DNA from: Octopus vulgaris
Lineage: Eukaryota
DNA length: 64,000 bases
Direction of reading: 5' to 3'
Assembly: GCA_951406725.2 (NCBI GenBank)
Contig: OX597817.1
Span: 91,450,001-91,514,000, forward strand
Positions 38,733 through 51,559 of this stretch are shown here, in pieces; the stretch's first letter is position 1, and each line of letters starts with the position of its first letter. A model generated the notes under the pieces. The model was not told the DNA's origin and did not search any database. It worked only from the letters and a program-made list of their open reading frames with translations. A program made the position numbers and the translations under genes.

Positions 38733-39193
38733 AACATCTATATATACATATATATATGTACATACATATATATATAAACATATATACAAACATATATATA
38801 TATATACACATATATACATACATAAGCATATATATATACATATATACATACATATATACAAACATATATATACATGTATATACTTACATATATATACATA
38901 AATATACATATATATATATATATAAATACATATATATACACATATATATAAATATATATACACACATATATATATATGCATAAAAATATATATATATATA
39001 TACTTATATCATCATCATCATCATCATCATCGCTTAGCATCTGCTTTCCATGCTAGCATGGGTTGGACGGTTCAACTGGGGTCTGGGAAGCCAGAAGGCT
39101 GCATCAGGCCCAGTCTGATCTGGCAATGTTTCTACGACTGGATGCCCTTCCTAAACCAACCACTCCGTGAGTGTAGTGGGTGCTTTTTACGTG

Positions 39194-39261
<68 letters not shown>

Positions 39262-39519
39262 TATATACAGATATATGTATACATGCATATACACACATAA
39301 ATGTACATACATAAATGCATATATATATATGCACATATATATACATACATATATTAATACACATATATGCATATATATACATGTTTATATGTATATATAT
39401 ATATACAAAGATATAAATATATACATACATGCATACACATATATATATATTAATAGTAATGGTATGACAACAAAAGAATGAATGAGACCTCGATATTATG
39501 TAAATAGAAGAATTTATCT

Positions 39520-39760
39520 GTAATATAATATGTGACAATTATTCAGTTGCCATAATAAAACTCTGAGTTTTGGATGTCGGGGTGAAAATCTGCTCCGGCA
39601 TCTCATCAGCTATTAAGATAATCAAAAAATGCTATGAAAATGACCAGCATTTTTGATTGTCTTAATAACTGACGAGATGCTGGAGCAGATTTTGCCCCGA
39701 CATCCGAAACTAAGAGTTTTATTATGGCAACCGAAGAATTGTCACATATTATATTACATA
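39520..39760. ncRNA. Inverted pair of type I hammerhead motifs (+ copy 39657-39730 has intact core)
   Basis: +: UUGUCUUAAUAA CUGACGA GAUG...CAUCC GAAA CUAAGAG UU UUAUUAUGGCAA. -: CUGAUGA GAUG...CAUCC AAAA CUCAGAG UU. Central hairpin aaaaatgct/agcattttt. Confidence 0.7.
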
Positions 39761-39879
39761 TAAACATATATATATGGCCTGATAACCGAAGAGATGGTGT
39801 TGTGGATTTCCACTTTGGCATCTGACTATTGAGTAATGTAACATATTATTTTATATATATATATATATATATATATGTA

Positions 39880-40066
39880 CTAGCAGAGGCACCCGGCATT
39901 GCCTGGGAATGAAATTTTTCCTTACATATTCGAAGAAAAATGCAAAATATGTTGTATAGAAATTTGTAATTCTGAATTCAATTTATTCTTCAATCGGGAT
40001 ACAATTTATTCTTTCATTGGGAAATCAATGCTGAACTCATAATACAAAATAATAATAATAGTAAAG

Positions 40067-40156
<90 letters not shown>

Positions 40157-43100
40157 TTTAAATAAAAGATTTTATTTAATCTTTTTTATTTAATATTTTT
40201 AAAATCTTTTATTTAATTTTTTTTAATTTATTTTATTTTATATTTATCTTTTTTTTTTTTTATTTATTTATTTATTTAAAATTTTTAAAAATGAAAACTT
40301 AATAATAATTTAACTTTACTTGAAAAGAAAATTTCTAACAGTACACCGAATCACTTGTCCAATGGTTATAAAGGAAGCACGCCCCTCAGGAGGCTGCCAG
40401 CCTGATGGTGAAAAATTTTCAAATGGCAGAATATCTTCCCTGAATACGAACCTGGAAGGTCACTTAAACGGGATTTGTCCCAAAGTAAGCCCCCAAAGTT
40501 CACCACCACAACGACCAGAAAATCAAAAAAGTAAAAGAACTAAATGGAACCGGGAAGAATATAAAGAAGTAATATATGCTTATTACTTTGCATTAAGTAG
40601 GCCAACCCAAGAAAAACACACCGCAAACTCCTACAGAATTTGGAGGAGCTGGAATCCAGCTAGCAGACCAAACCTGGATGGAAACAGATTAGCAAATGTT
40701 AGAAGAGATATCTTCAGAAATACCAGACTCACAAATGCAGAATTAATGTCTATTAAAAAAGTAGTAGAGAATGACCTAAATGTAAGTCAGGAAAGAAATA
40801 ACGAAGCTGAGGAGAGGAACGTTAGGCCACAGGCATTGACTGAAAGGCAACCATCTGCCGAATCGACTCAAGATCCTGAAGAAGAAGGAAAATATGACCC
40901 CAGAAAAAACAGACCGGTAAATGATGTTGAAACAGAATTTGGAAATCACATGTTTGTTGAACAACACAGAAAATCTATCATTGAAATGAAGCAAGAAGTT
41001 CTGAATGAACTTGCAGTTGTAGGGCATACAACTATGAATGATAGGGAACCACTCCATAAACTCTCAAATACACACCAACATAAAACACAAATAAAAATTG
41101 GCAACTGCGTTACACAGGAAATCATACAACAACTAAAACCCGATCTTAATAAATTAAATGAAATTATTTACTCTGTTGCTAAGGTAATTGAAAGACACTG
41201 TTTAACACCCAAAAAGCCAAAAATACCAAATTCGAATAGAAAATCAAACTGGAGGAGTAGAATTGAAACTGAAATTGAATCATTGTGAAGGGAGATATCA
41301 ATATTAACTGAGCTAATCTCTGGAAATGATGTAAGATCAAGAAAAGGCAGGAAGATTATGAGAAAATATGGACATTCAACAAGAGAAGAACTAATGTCAA
41401 CGAAAGAAACACTTAAACAAAAAGTTCAAGCAAAAGCTCAGAGAATACACAGATTTGAGAAAAGAATCAAATTCTACAAACAAAATAAGACGTTCAAATC
41501 CAATGCCAGGGAAATAGGGAAAGAAAAAATAACCATTGAAAATCCACCCCTAATGGAAGAAGTTGAAAACTTCTGGAAGGGGATCTGGAGTGATGAGAAA
41601 CCATACAATGAAAATGCAGAGTGGATCAAGCGCACCCAAGATGACTACAAAAATCTACAAGAACAGGTATGGGAAGACATCTCAATCGCCGACCTAAGGA
41701 GGGCACTAACGAAGGCTCATAAGTGGAAATCCCCTGGTATTGATAGAGTACCAAATTTCTGGCTCTCATCACTCTCATCCGCACACAAAATGTTAGTAAT
41801 ACTATTTAATAGTATTATGAAAGACCCAAAAAACACCACATTGGATGGCAAATGGTATTACTTACCTCCTCCCCAAAAATAACAAAACGAAAGACCCAAA
41901 AACTATCGGCCTATAACATGTTTATCTACTACCTATAAGATCTTGACATCTATTCTAGTAGAGAAAACATACGTTAATGGAAGAGAATAACCTCTTTCCC
42001 ACTGAACAAAAAGGATGCAGACGAAGCTCATACGGATGCAAAGATCAGCTCCTAATTAATCGCATGATCCTTGAGAACTGTCATAACAAACACAGAAATC
42101 TCAGCTCATACGGATGCAAAGATCAGCTCCTAATTAATCGCATGATCCTTGAGAACTGTCATAACAAACACAGAAATCTCAATCTTCGTGGATTGATTAT
42201 AAAAAAGCTTTTGACAGCATACCACATTCGTGGATTCTGAAATCGCTGGACATTTTCAAAATTTCTCCTGTGATTTCAGATTTTTTAAAGTATAATATGT
42301 CCCTATGGAACACGAAGCTCCAATTATATCATTCTAATGGAGTATTGCACTCAAACAACATTAGCATAAACTGTGGAATTTTCCAAGGCGACTCATTTTC
42401 ACCACTAATATTCTGCATAGCACTAATACCATTCTCAAGTGAACTGAATAGAACGGGATATGGCTACAAAATTGACAACAAGAAAATAAGCCATCTATTT
42501 TATATGGATGACTTAAAGCTATATGGCAAAGATGATGAAGAGCTTGAAGGATTATTACATACAGTGAAAGAATTCAGTGATGATATCGGGATGAAGTTTG
42601 GCCTTGAAAAGTGTGCCAAAGCCACTTTTAAGAAAGGGAAATTGGTAAAGTCTAGTTCAATTGAATTAGATGTCGAAATAGTAATAAAGGAACTTGAGCA
42701 GGAACAAACCTATAAATACCTAGGAATAAATGAAGGCTCTGGTATCCAGCATGCAAGCATGAAAGAGAAGGTTAGGAAAGAATGTTATAGAAGAGTCCGA
42801 GCAGTCCTGAAGTCTGAGCTGAATGCATATAATAAGGTGTTAGCCAAAAATTCCTTAGCAGTACCAGTTGTTCTCTATAGCTTCAATGTGCTCAACTGGA
42901 ATACTAGTGAAATAATGAAAATTGACAGGAAAATCCGCAAGCTACTGACTTGTAATAAGATGCACCATCCAAAGGCAGACGTGGATTGCCTTTGCCTTCC
43001 CAGAGGTCAGGGTGGTCGAGGTTTGATCCAGCTTGAACTTACATACAAAACCACCACAATCGGACTGGCCAAATACCTTGAAGCAACCAACGATTGGATG

Positions 43101-45305
43101 CTAAAACTTTTGCAAAGACAAAAGCACATGAAAATTTAGCTAGCAGATGGGAACAGAAACCTCTCCATGGCAAGTATGTGGCCCGTAGCAAACAAGCTGA
43201 TGTCGACCAGAAACACACGCACCAATGGTTACGAAGTTCAGGGCTAAAAGCAGAGAGTGAAGGTTTCATATTAGCTGCTCAAGACCAAAGCTTATTTACC
43301 CGGAACTACCAAGCCAATGTGATGAAAACTGGAGCTGACCCAAAATGCCGATTCTGTAATGATGAGATTGAAACAATAGACCACCTACTCTCAGGGTGTA
43401 GAGTCTTAGCACCTGCAGAATATAAAGCAAGACATGACAGAGTCGGCCAGTATTTACTCTGGACAATATGTCGGCATTATAAAATCAAAACCACTGACAA
43501 ACGGTATAAACATCATCCTGAAGCTGTAACTGAGGGAGAAAATGTGTCGATTCTATGGGACTTCCCCGTGCAGACCGACAGGACTATAAAAGCCAATAAA
43601 CCAGTTATCATTATAAAAGATCAGACAAAAAGGATGTGTTTATTAATTGACATGAGTATTTCCTGTGATCACAATATAGCGGCGAAAGAATTTGACAAGA
43701 TTAGTAAATATAAAGACCTGCTAATGGAAATTGAAAAAATGTGGCATCTCAAGGCGACTACAGTACTAGTGATTGTAGGAGCTCTAGGAATGATAAAAAA
43801 AGGTACTGAAACCTATTTGAAAATGATTCCAGGCTTACCATCCCTACAGGAAGTGCAAAAAATCGTATTAACTGGAACGGCTCATCTACTGAAAAGAACA
43901 CTATCGCTGTGAAAATAACATCCATCCATGAATTTATTTATGTATTAATTTTTAAATATATTTTGTCTGTGAATTTGCGCGTGTAATCTGGGAATGCATA
44001 CAATGCCCTTCTCTGCCCTAGGTGTATGGAAAACACTCAGCAAGAAACGGAAGAAAATTTGAAGAAAGAAGGAAAAAACATAATAATAATAATAATAATA
44101 ATAATAATTACAATAATAAGGATAATAAGCGTAAATACAAAATTTACCACTTTTATGAAAGGGGATAAATTCTATCACATGTGTTGAAGTAAATTATGTA
44201 AGAGCTTCTGTGTAAACAACATTCTATGTTTTCTGGTTTGGAGCATAGACAAATAAGTCTTGCAAACTGCCTACCCTGGAGCAACCAACATAAAGGTGAC
44301 CATGAGAAAAGCAAGCCAGTAGATTTCAAAGACTGACCTTGAGCTTTATTAATAGACATTGCAAAGCAAAGTTGCATTGGGAATTGTGTTCATTTGAACT
44401 CAAATGGTATGTCTGTTCATTTGATTGGAAATTCTTCAAATGAAAACCTCTTCCCCAGAGGCACATCCAGTGATGATGGAAGCTTCTGTCTTGTTAGGTG
44501 ATAATGTATTCACAATCAACCTTGTCCCATAGCATAATTTAGGAGGATCTAAATTTCTTAGAAGCATTATTGAGACTCCTACCTTCAGAAAATGTTTATG
44601 CAGAGGAATTCCAGGTGGCTCAAGAGAATTATGGAGCTCTGTTGGGTAATGGACAGCTTTATTTTCATCAAGGACTGAATCAGCTGATTTGTACTTCTTA
44701 ATGACTGTTGGAATCATGGTTAATCCTTGCTACTGTCTCATTTTTTGGAGTAAGAATTGCCCTTTCACACAACCATTTATATGAATTATAATTATTATTT
44801 AAGTCTGGCAATACCCTGTTCTTCAATTCAGCTGGGGAATTCACTATGATAGCAATATGAGCCAAACTGATATCACCATTCCTATCAAATGGTACTTACC
44901 TATTTCCTAATTGGAGAAGCCATGTTGGAAACTGTTTTGCACATTGGTCCCCATGTAATGAAGCTCGCATGTTAGTATTAGAGGAGAATTTCAGTACTTT
45001 ATTCCATATGTGTGAGGACGTAATGCATGCTTATATTTCATCAGATCTTGTTCGTCTTGGAACAACTGGTAATGTCTGTCTGAAGTCTCCTGATAAAACT
45101 AATTTAACTCCTCCCATAGATTTATTGTTGCCTTGATATCCTGTAAGATCTTACCAAGAGCTTCCATTGCACCTCTATGTGACATGATGCATTCATCCCA
45201 AATGATAAGGTGGCATTGGCACAACACTTCTGCTGAACTTGAACCTTTGTTTATGTTACAAATTGGACTGTCACTTGTGTCCAGGTTTAGTGGTAACTTA
45301 AAAGC
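39880..45305 (-). mobile_element. Helitron remnant (PIF1 helicase region 44125-45305; 3' end 39880-40050), split by a Dong LINE
   Basis: IWDECIMSH, GDFRQTLPV, IMLLRNLDPPKLCYGTRL, FAMSINKAQGQSL; 3' hairpin cccaggcaatgccggg plus CTAG at 39880. Confidence 0.85.
40320..44080 (+). mobile_element. Near full-length R4/Dong-clade LINE (RT + CCHC + restriction-like endonuclease), frameshifted
   Basis: KSPGID, GIFQGDSFSPL, HLFYMDDLKLY, CRFC...ETIDHLLSGC, RHDRV, ANKPVII...LIDMS...KISKY; flanked on both sides by (TAA)n. Confidence 0.93.
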
Positions 45306-46139
45306 AGAATGAGCTCCTTTTCAGTTTCTGTCTATCAAATCCACTCACAAGGATTTGGGCAACCTGAGGCTATAGTGGAAGACACTTGCTCAAGGTGCCA
45401 TGCAGTAGGATTGAACTTGGAAACATGTGGTTTTGAAAGCAAGCTTCTCACCACACAACCATGCCTGTGCTTATGTATATATGATATATGTTTATATATA
45501 TATATATTGCATATATATTCAGGTAATTGCCTGGAATCGAACTCGGAATCTTGGGGATTAGTAGCCCATGCTCTTAACCACACTGCCATATGCTCTGATG
45601 AAAGCTGGAGGGTATATCAGCTGAAACAAGCTGAGGACAAATACCTGTCAAATGTAAATAATGTAAATAATGTTAGCTTTACTTTTATCCCTATGTCAGA
45701 AGAAGGCTGTGATTGGCATAGTGATTTTTAAATTTACCTGCACATAATCCAATATGAATCTTCTTATCAGTTGTGTTATTATTTAGGATTGCAGTAACTT
45801 CTGCCTCATATATGATAGATTTAGTCATACATCGGTTTTTACTTTTTACTTTCTATTTTCTACATTTTAATTTTTATGTTTTTGTTTTCCGTTTTCTGTT
45901 ATTTACTTTGTATGTTTTCTATATGCTGCCTTCTCAATTTTTTCATGTTACTTCTATTAATCAATTTTTTTAGCTTACTATGATACATGGTTTGCTCCTG
46001 AAGAATATGTTTGAGTTTTCTCAACATATGAAACTGTTAGCAATGCTTTAATAAATGTATTATGACCTTTAAATAAATAATATTTATCTCTCACCAGATA
46101 GAGTACATCTTGTGTTGAATTTTCTATCACAAAACAGTA

Positions 46140-46217
<78 letters not shown>

Positions 46218-46260
46218 TAGACAGACAGACAGAGACAGAGAGACATATATTTAAATATAT

Positions 46261-46920
46261 ACCAGGTTGAATCGAAAGTTCGGATTTTCACTGATAGTTT
46301 TTGGCAACTTGTATCTCCATGTTATATCATTAATTTGATACAGTTTGTCCAATCATTGTTGATAATAAGTGGTGAAAAAATTGCAATTCAAACCATTTTA
46401 CACTACCTGTGGAAAAGATGACTGGATGCAAGGGCATCAGCAAAAGAAATTAATGATGTTGAAGCCCCAGGAACTGTCAACAAATGCATGGCACTAAACT
46501 GGTTCAGATGTTTCAAGGAAAGTGATACCAGTCTCGAAGATAAACCAGGGTCAGGGAGATCTTCTGCTGTGAAAGATAAGGCTTTGCTTGAAAGAATTGA
46601 ACAACAGCCAAGCACAAGCACTTTTGACCAAGTAGGAACTTGAGGGGATGGACGTTTTGCCTCTCCATGCCTACAGTTCAGACCTAGCACCATCAGATTA
46701 CCACCTTCTCTGAGGCATGGCTCATATCCTGCTTGAATAGAGGTTCAACAATATGGATGAGGTTGAGAACAGGTGCAAGTTTTTTGTCTCTAATCCAGTC
46801 AAACAATTTAAATAGGGAATTGAGCTTTTAGCATACTGATTGCAACATGTAATTGAACATGATGGGATATATTTTGATGAATAAATGCTTCCTTTATGTA
46901 ATTTGCTTGAACTATTAATT
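46261..46920 (+). mobile_element. Internally deleted mariner-like transposon remnant
   Basis: NWFRCFKESDTSLEDKPGSGRSS HTH region and (YS)SDLAPSDYHLL (mariner D34D signature); preceded by TA. Confidence 0.75.
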
Positions 46921-49714
46921 TCTTAGACATTTAGTCTAAGACGTCTTAGACATTTAGTAAGTCTTAGTAAGTCTAAGAAATATCTTAGACTTACTTCTGT
47001 GCTATTTCCACCTCCATCCTTTATATATAAAAATTTGATTTGTATAGATCACTAATCTTTTTCAACTATATATGTGTGTGTATGTGTGTGTGTGTAGAGA
47101 GAGAGAGAGGGAGGGAGGGAGGGAGAGACAGAGAGATCATTATCATCATCATTTAGTGCCCATGTTCCATGCTGGCATATGTTAGTGGGTTTGACAGGAT
47201 CCAATGTATCCAAAGAATGCATCGTGCTATAATGTGGCATGGTTTCTATGACTGGATACCTTTCCTAATGCCCACCACTTTACAGTATATACTGTGAGCT
47301 ATTTTTCATGCCACTAGCACAAGTGAGGTGATCATGCAGCTTGTAGGACTATGAATCAGGAGACAACAGGTAAAATTATAAGAGAAGGGACCTGTGTAGA
47401 ACAGTATTCTCACTGTTGAGAAACTACATGACAATTTACATTTTAGTAGAAGGTTTGGTAGTGATCAGATGGAGCTGGATAGAGATAAAATTAGCAGTAA
47501 TGGTGTAGCAGAGTGAACTTCTAAGATGAGTGAGATAGAGGGGCCAGGAGTGTAAAGGGGTGGTAGTTGCAAGTGAGTTTGAGGTGAGAGATGAGAAATG
47601 GGTGAGGAGAGGGGACGTAGGCTAACACTAAAATGACTGGATAGAGTTAAAGGGCAGATGTGATGTATGGTGGATGACCAAATGATACACGTATTAAGAG
47701 AGGTAAGAGATGACTGACAATGCAGTGCAGCAGAACAAGAATGATAATACAGTAGATAAGAGAAGGACAAGCGATGTCATGTGGATGGGTTGGTTGTTGG
47801 AGTGTGGGGATGGGGTAGAAGAAAGATAAGCATGCATGCTCACAGTATATTTTTTATCCTTTACTTGTTTTGATCATTCGACTGAATTGACACCAGTACC
47901 TTCTTTTTAAGCCTGTTACTTAGTCCATCAGTTTCTTTTGCCAAACCACTAAGTTATGTTAATGTAAATAAAACCAACACTGGTTGTCAAGCACTGCTGG
48001 AGGACAAACATTGACACACACACACACATACACACACATGATCGGCTTCTTTCAGTTTTCTTGGTTAGTCTGAGGCTATAGTAGAAGACACTTGCAAAAG
48101 GTCCCACATTGTGGGACTGAACCCAGATCCATGTTGTTGGGAAGCAAGCTTCTTACTAAACAGTCACGCCTGTGCCTATGTATACATGCATAACATTGTG
48201 TACATGTTCACATACGTGATTATATACATTCATAGGAATAATGTGCTTTTGTGTGCATGTGTGTGTGTGTGTATGTGTGTACCTGTCCATATATATTTGA
48301 GTATGTATGTATTTATAGATAGACGATGAATGGATATGCATACATATGCATATACACATCTCCATCCATCTATGAATAAATATATACATCCTCTCTTGTG
48401 AGACCTATTTATATATTACTCTCAGTGAGTATGCACACGTGTATTTATAATATATATATATATTTGTGTGTGTGTGTGTGTGATATAATATAAACTTGAT
48501 TTTATACCAAACAAGCACACATATATATACATGATATATAAATTCATTATTGGAATATGTCCTGTTCTTGTCCCAAGTGTAAGAAGAAGCTTATGAGTAT
48601 TTAAAGGTTTATCTGACATATACCTATTTCAAGAATTATCAATATTTTACCAATATATGTTCCTAAGTCATACAAAATATTGGTATTGGAATATTCAAAT
48701 ATATAATTCCATGTCAACTGAATTTTACAACTGAAGAGAGAAAATTTAGTCTAAGTTCTCATCCTCATCTTCAAGATTTCAAAGCTAGTTATTATTTTTG
48801 TGGAATGATTTAATCTCCCAGGGGCATTAAATGCCATTTAACTGCTGATCTCAAAGACATTTTACCAAATCCAGTCTCAAATAATTTCTATGTATTCTTG
48901 TGTGTATAAATGTGTGTGTGTGTGTACATGCATATATACAGAAAGATAATGATACAGACAGATGAATAAAACTGCTTGGGTTAGATACACAAAATATATA
49001 TATACATGTAAACATGTAAAAAGGGAGAAAGCAAAGATTGAAATTTTTCAGACAAATATTCAAGTATAAATATATAGATATTTATATATTAACAGAGCAG
49101 TCTTACACAGAGTACAAAGACACAGAAAATTAAAGGAGAGAAGGTATGGTGCTACAAGTTCAACAGCTGTTGCTGGGGGCTCAGTGTTACTTCATAATGT
49201 TCAGATGCAGTTCACAAAAATATGCAACCAGTAATGGAATCAAATAAACAGTGGGTAAATCTGGCCTTCATCTTCAGGGTAGAGAGATTAAAATCTAACA
49301 TTTCAAATCATTATGCAGGGAAATTTAAAGGTACAATAGGTGAAGAGGAAGGCAAGGAGTAGTGGAAGGAGGAAGTAAGTAGCTCAAGGGATGTGTGGGG
49401 AGTGTCAAAGCAAGGAAGGGTAAGAAGAGATGAGATTAGTTCAGGAAGCTGGAGAGGCTGCGTGATGAAGATATTGAGAGAAGTAGAAGTAGTTTGTTAA
49501 TAGATAAATATCTCTATATTTAACTTTAATATTTATCACCTGAAAATTTTCAGTCTTTGCTTTCTCTCTATTTATATGTGTACATGTATTTATATTTTGT
49601 ATAGCTAACCCAAGAAGTCTTATTCATTTGTCTGCATCATTATCTCCTTATCTTCTCACCTGCAAATCCTTGGCAAGAATAACCCTGAATTAACTCTGTA
49701 ACCATCCTACAACT

Positions 49715-49965
49715 AAAAATCTCCTACCAGAAAACCAGCATGGGTTTCATTGTCAAAGGGGTACTACAGGTATGATCTTGCAGTAAGGCAGATCTAAGAG
49801 AAGGGTACAGAGCAGAATCAAACCTTATATAGGCAACTAAGTATCTGTGAACTACAGTTTGCCCACGATTGTGAACTGCTTGCACTAGATGAACACATGC
49901 ATGCAGGTATCAATCAATTCTTAAAAGCTCCCAACAGTTTTTGTCCCAGTATCAGCACTGCAAAA
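49715..49965 (+). pseudogene. Old RTE/BovB-like RT fragment
   Basis: LLPENQHGF...RGTTGMI joined to ICELQFAHDCELLA (degenerate FADD). Confidence 0.55.
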
Positions 49966-50371
49966 GAAAGAAAAGTATATATGTGTATATGTATCAGTGT
50001 GTATCTCTTTCTCTCTCTACACACACATACACAGACACATACATACATATATACATTCGAAGTGACAAGTATTGTATTTGGCGTGGGAGACTATTTATTG
50101 AAATACTATCTCCAGCTTTGGAGCCACAACTATCTGCCTTGTTAAATAACTGGTTAATCTTCAGATGAATTAACCGAGGGAGCCTTTTATTCACGATTGT
50201 TGTGATTTTCGACTGAAACTTGAATTTAGCATGCAGAGAGTTACTACGAACAACATGGCTGGACACAACATCAACAACAACACAATTGAGGAACAAAATG
50301 AAAATAACAGCTCAACAGGTAAACAACTTTTTCTAGCTGCAGTTATATAAGAAACCATAACTACAAAATTC

Positions 50372-51295
50372 GGATCTTTTCCCTTTCAACAGGTGATCGA
50401 GAAATTAATTTTTTGTAACTAAACACTTTCAAACTTTGGACACTGGTAGATCATCTTTTACTCTTAAAGTTGTTGAGAAAAGTTTATATTTTCAAAGTTA
50501 TTTCACATAAAAGTTGTCGTATTTTGGTAATTTCAACCAATCAATGATGTGTATTCAGCTGAATAAAATTACTGCCGTTGTTTGTCAATGATAACTATCA
50601 GTGTTGTATATTTCACTTGTCACTGTTATTTATGACATCGTTCATATGTTTAGCTTTCGGTGGGGGGGAGGTTAGGGTTAGGGTTAGATGGGGGGGGTTT
50701 AGGGTTAGAATTACGGAAAAAAGTGAAAAATGAAGAAATTGAGGGAAAGGGGGGCAAGAAATTTCAAAATGCCGATTTTTGGCAATTTTCCGGAATCTCC
50801 ATATCTGAAAAGCTGGGTTTTTGGCAAAACATTTTTTTTAAAAACAATAGTTTGCGAGAAAATGGGGTGTGGAGGAGGAAGTCTTTCTGAAAATAGTAGC
50901 TGAAAATCAGGAAAAATAACCTAAAAGCAGTAGAAATGCATAAACAATTATGGAGGTGTCGTGAAGTAAACATGCTTCAGATACACTTGTTTATTCATCC
51001 GAACATAACTGAGATGAAATATGTCATAAATAACAGTGACAAACGAAATATACACCGCCAGAAGTTGTTGTTGATAAACAGTAATTTTATTCAGCTGAAT
51101 ACACATCATTGATTGGTTGAAATTACTGAAATACGACAACTTTAACGTGAAATAACTTTGAAAATATAAACTTTTCTCCACAACACTAAGAGTAAAAGAT
51201 GTTTTATATGACACATTTTACCAGTGTCCGAAGTTTGAAAGTGTTTAGTTACAAAAAATTAATTTCTCGATCTGCCGTTGAAAGGGAAAAGATCC
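50372..51295. mobile_element. MITE with ~270-bp TIRs, GG...CC ends and 8-bp TSD (Merlin-like)
   Basis: ggatcttttccctttcaac... / ...gttgaaagggaaaagatcc; TSD caaaattc / caaaatta; internal ttaggg repeats. Confidence 0.8.
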
Positions 51296-51559
51296 CAAAA
51301 TTAATTTCTCTTGGAGTTATGAATTGAATAATGATCTATTTAACTGCTACGGAAAAATGAAACAAAATCCCGCTGTTAGCTATATGAGCTGATTGAAATA
51401 ATATTGGGACAATCTGCATCCAGAATTAAATCATTTTACTGCAAAGCAAGTACACCAATAGGCAACATTTGTAGAACATAGAAAGAAGGTTAGTAACTGC
51501 AACTTTATTAAAAAATCAAAAATTAACCTTCTTCCCAACTCTATAAACAAAAACGAATG

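Noticed and set aside
28874-39538. Many YIYI/poly-Ile/CVCV ORFs
   Set aside because: Products of (TA)n, (ATT)n and (TG)n microsatellites.
40155-40320. Nearly pure A/T stretch as a regulatory element
   Set aside because: Follows a long (TAA)n run and looks like low-quality or slipped sequence replacing the LINE 5' end.
45525-45590. Functional tRNA gene
   Set aside because: Only a tRNA-like head with imperfect stems inside a repeat; more likely SINE-derived.
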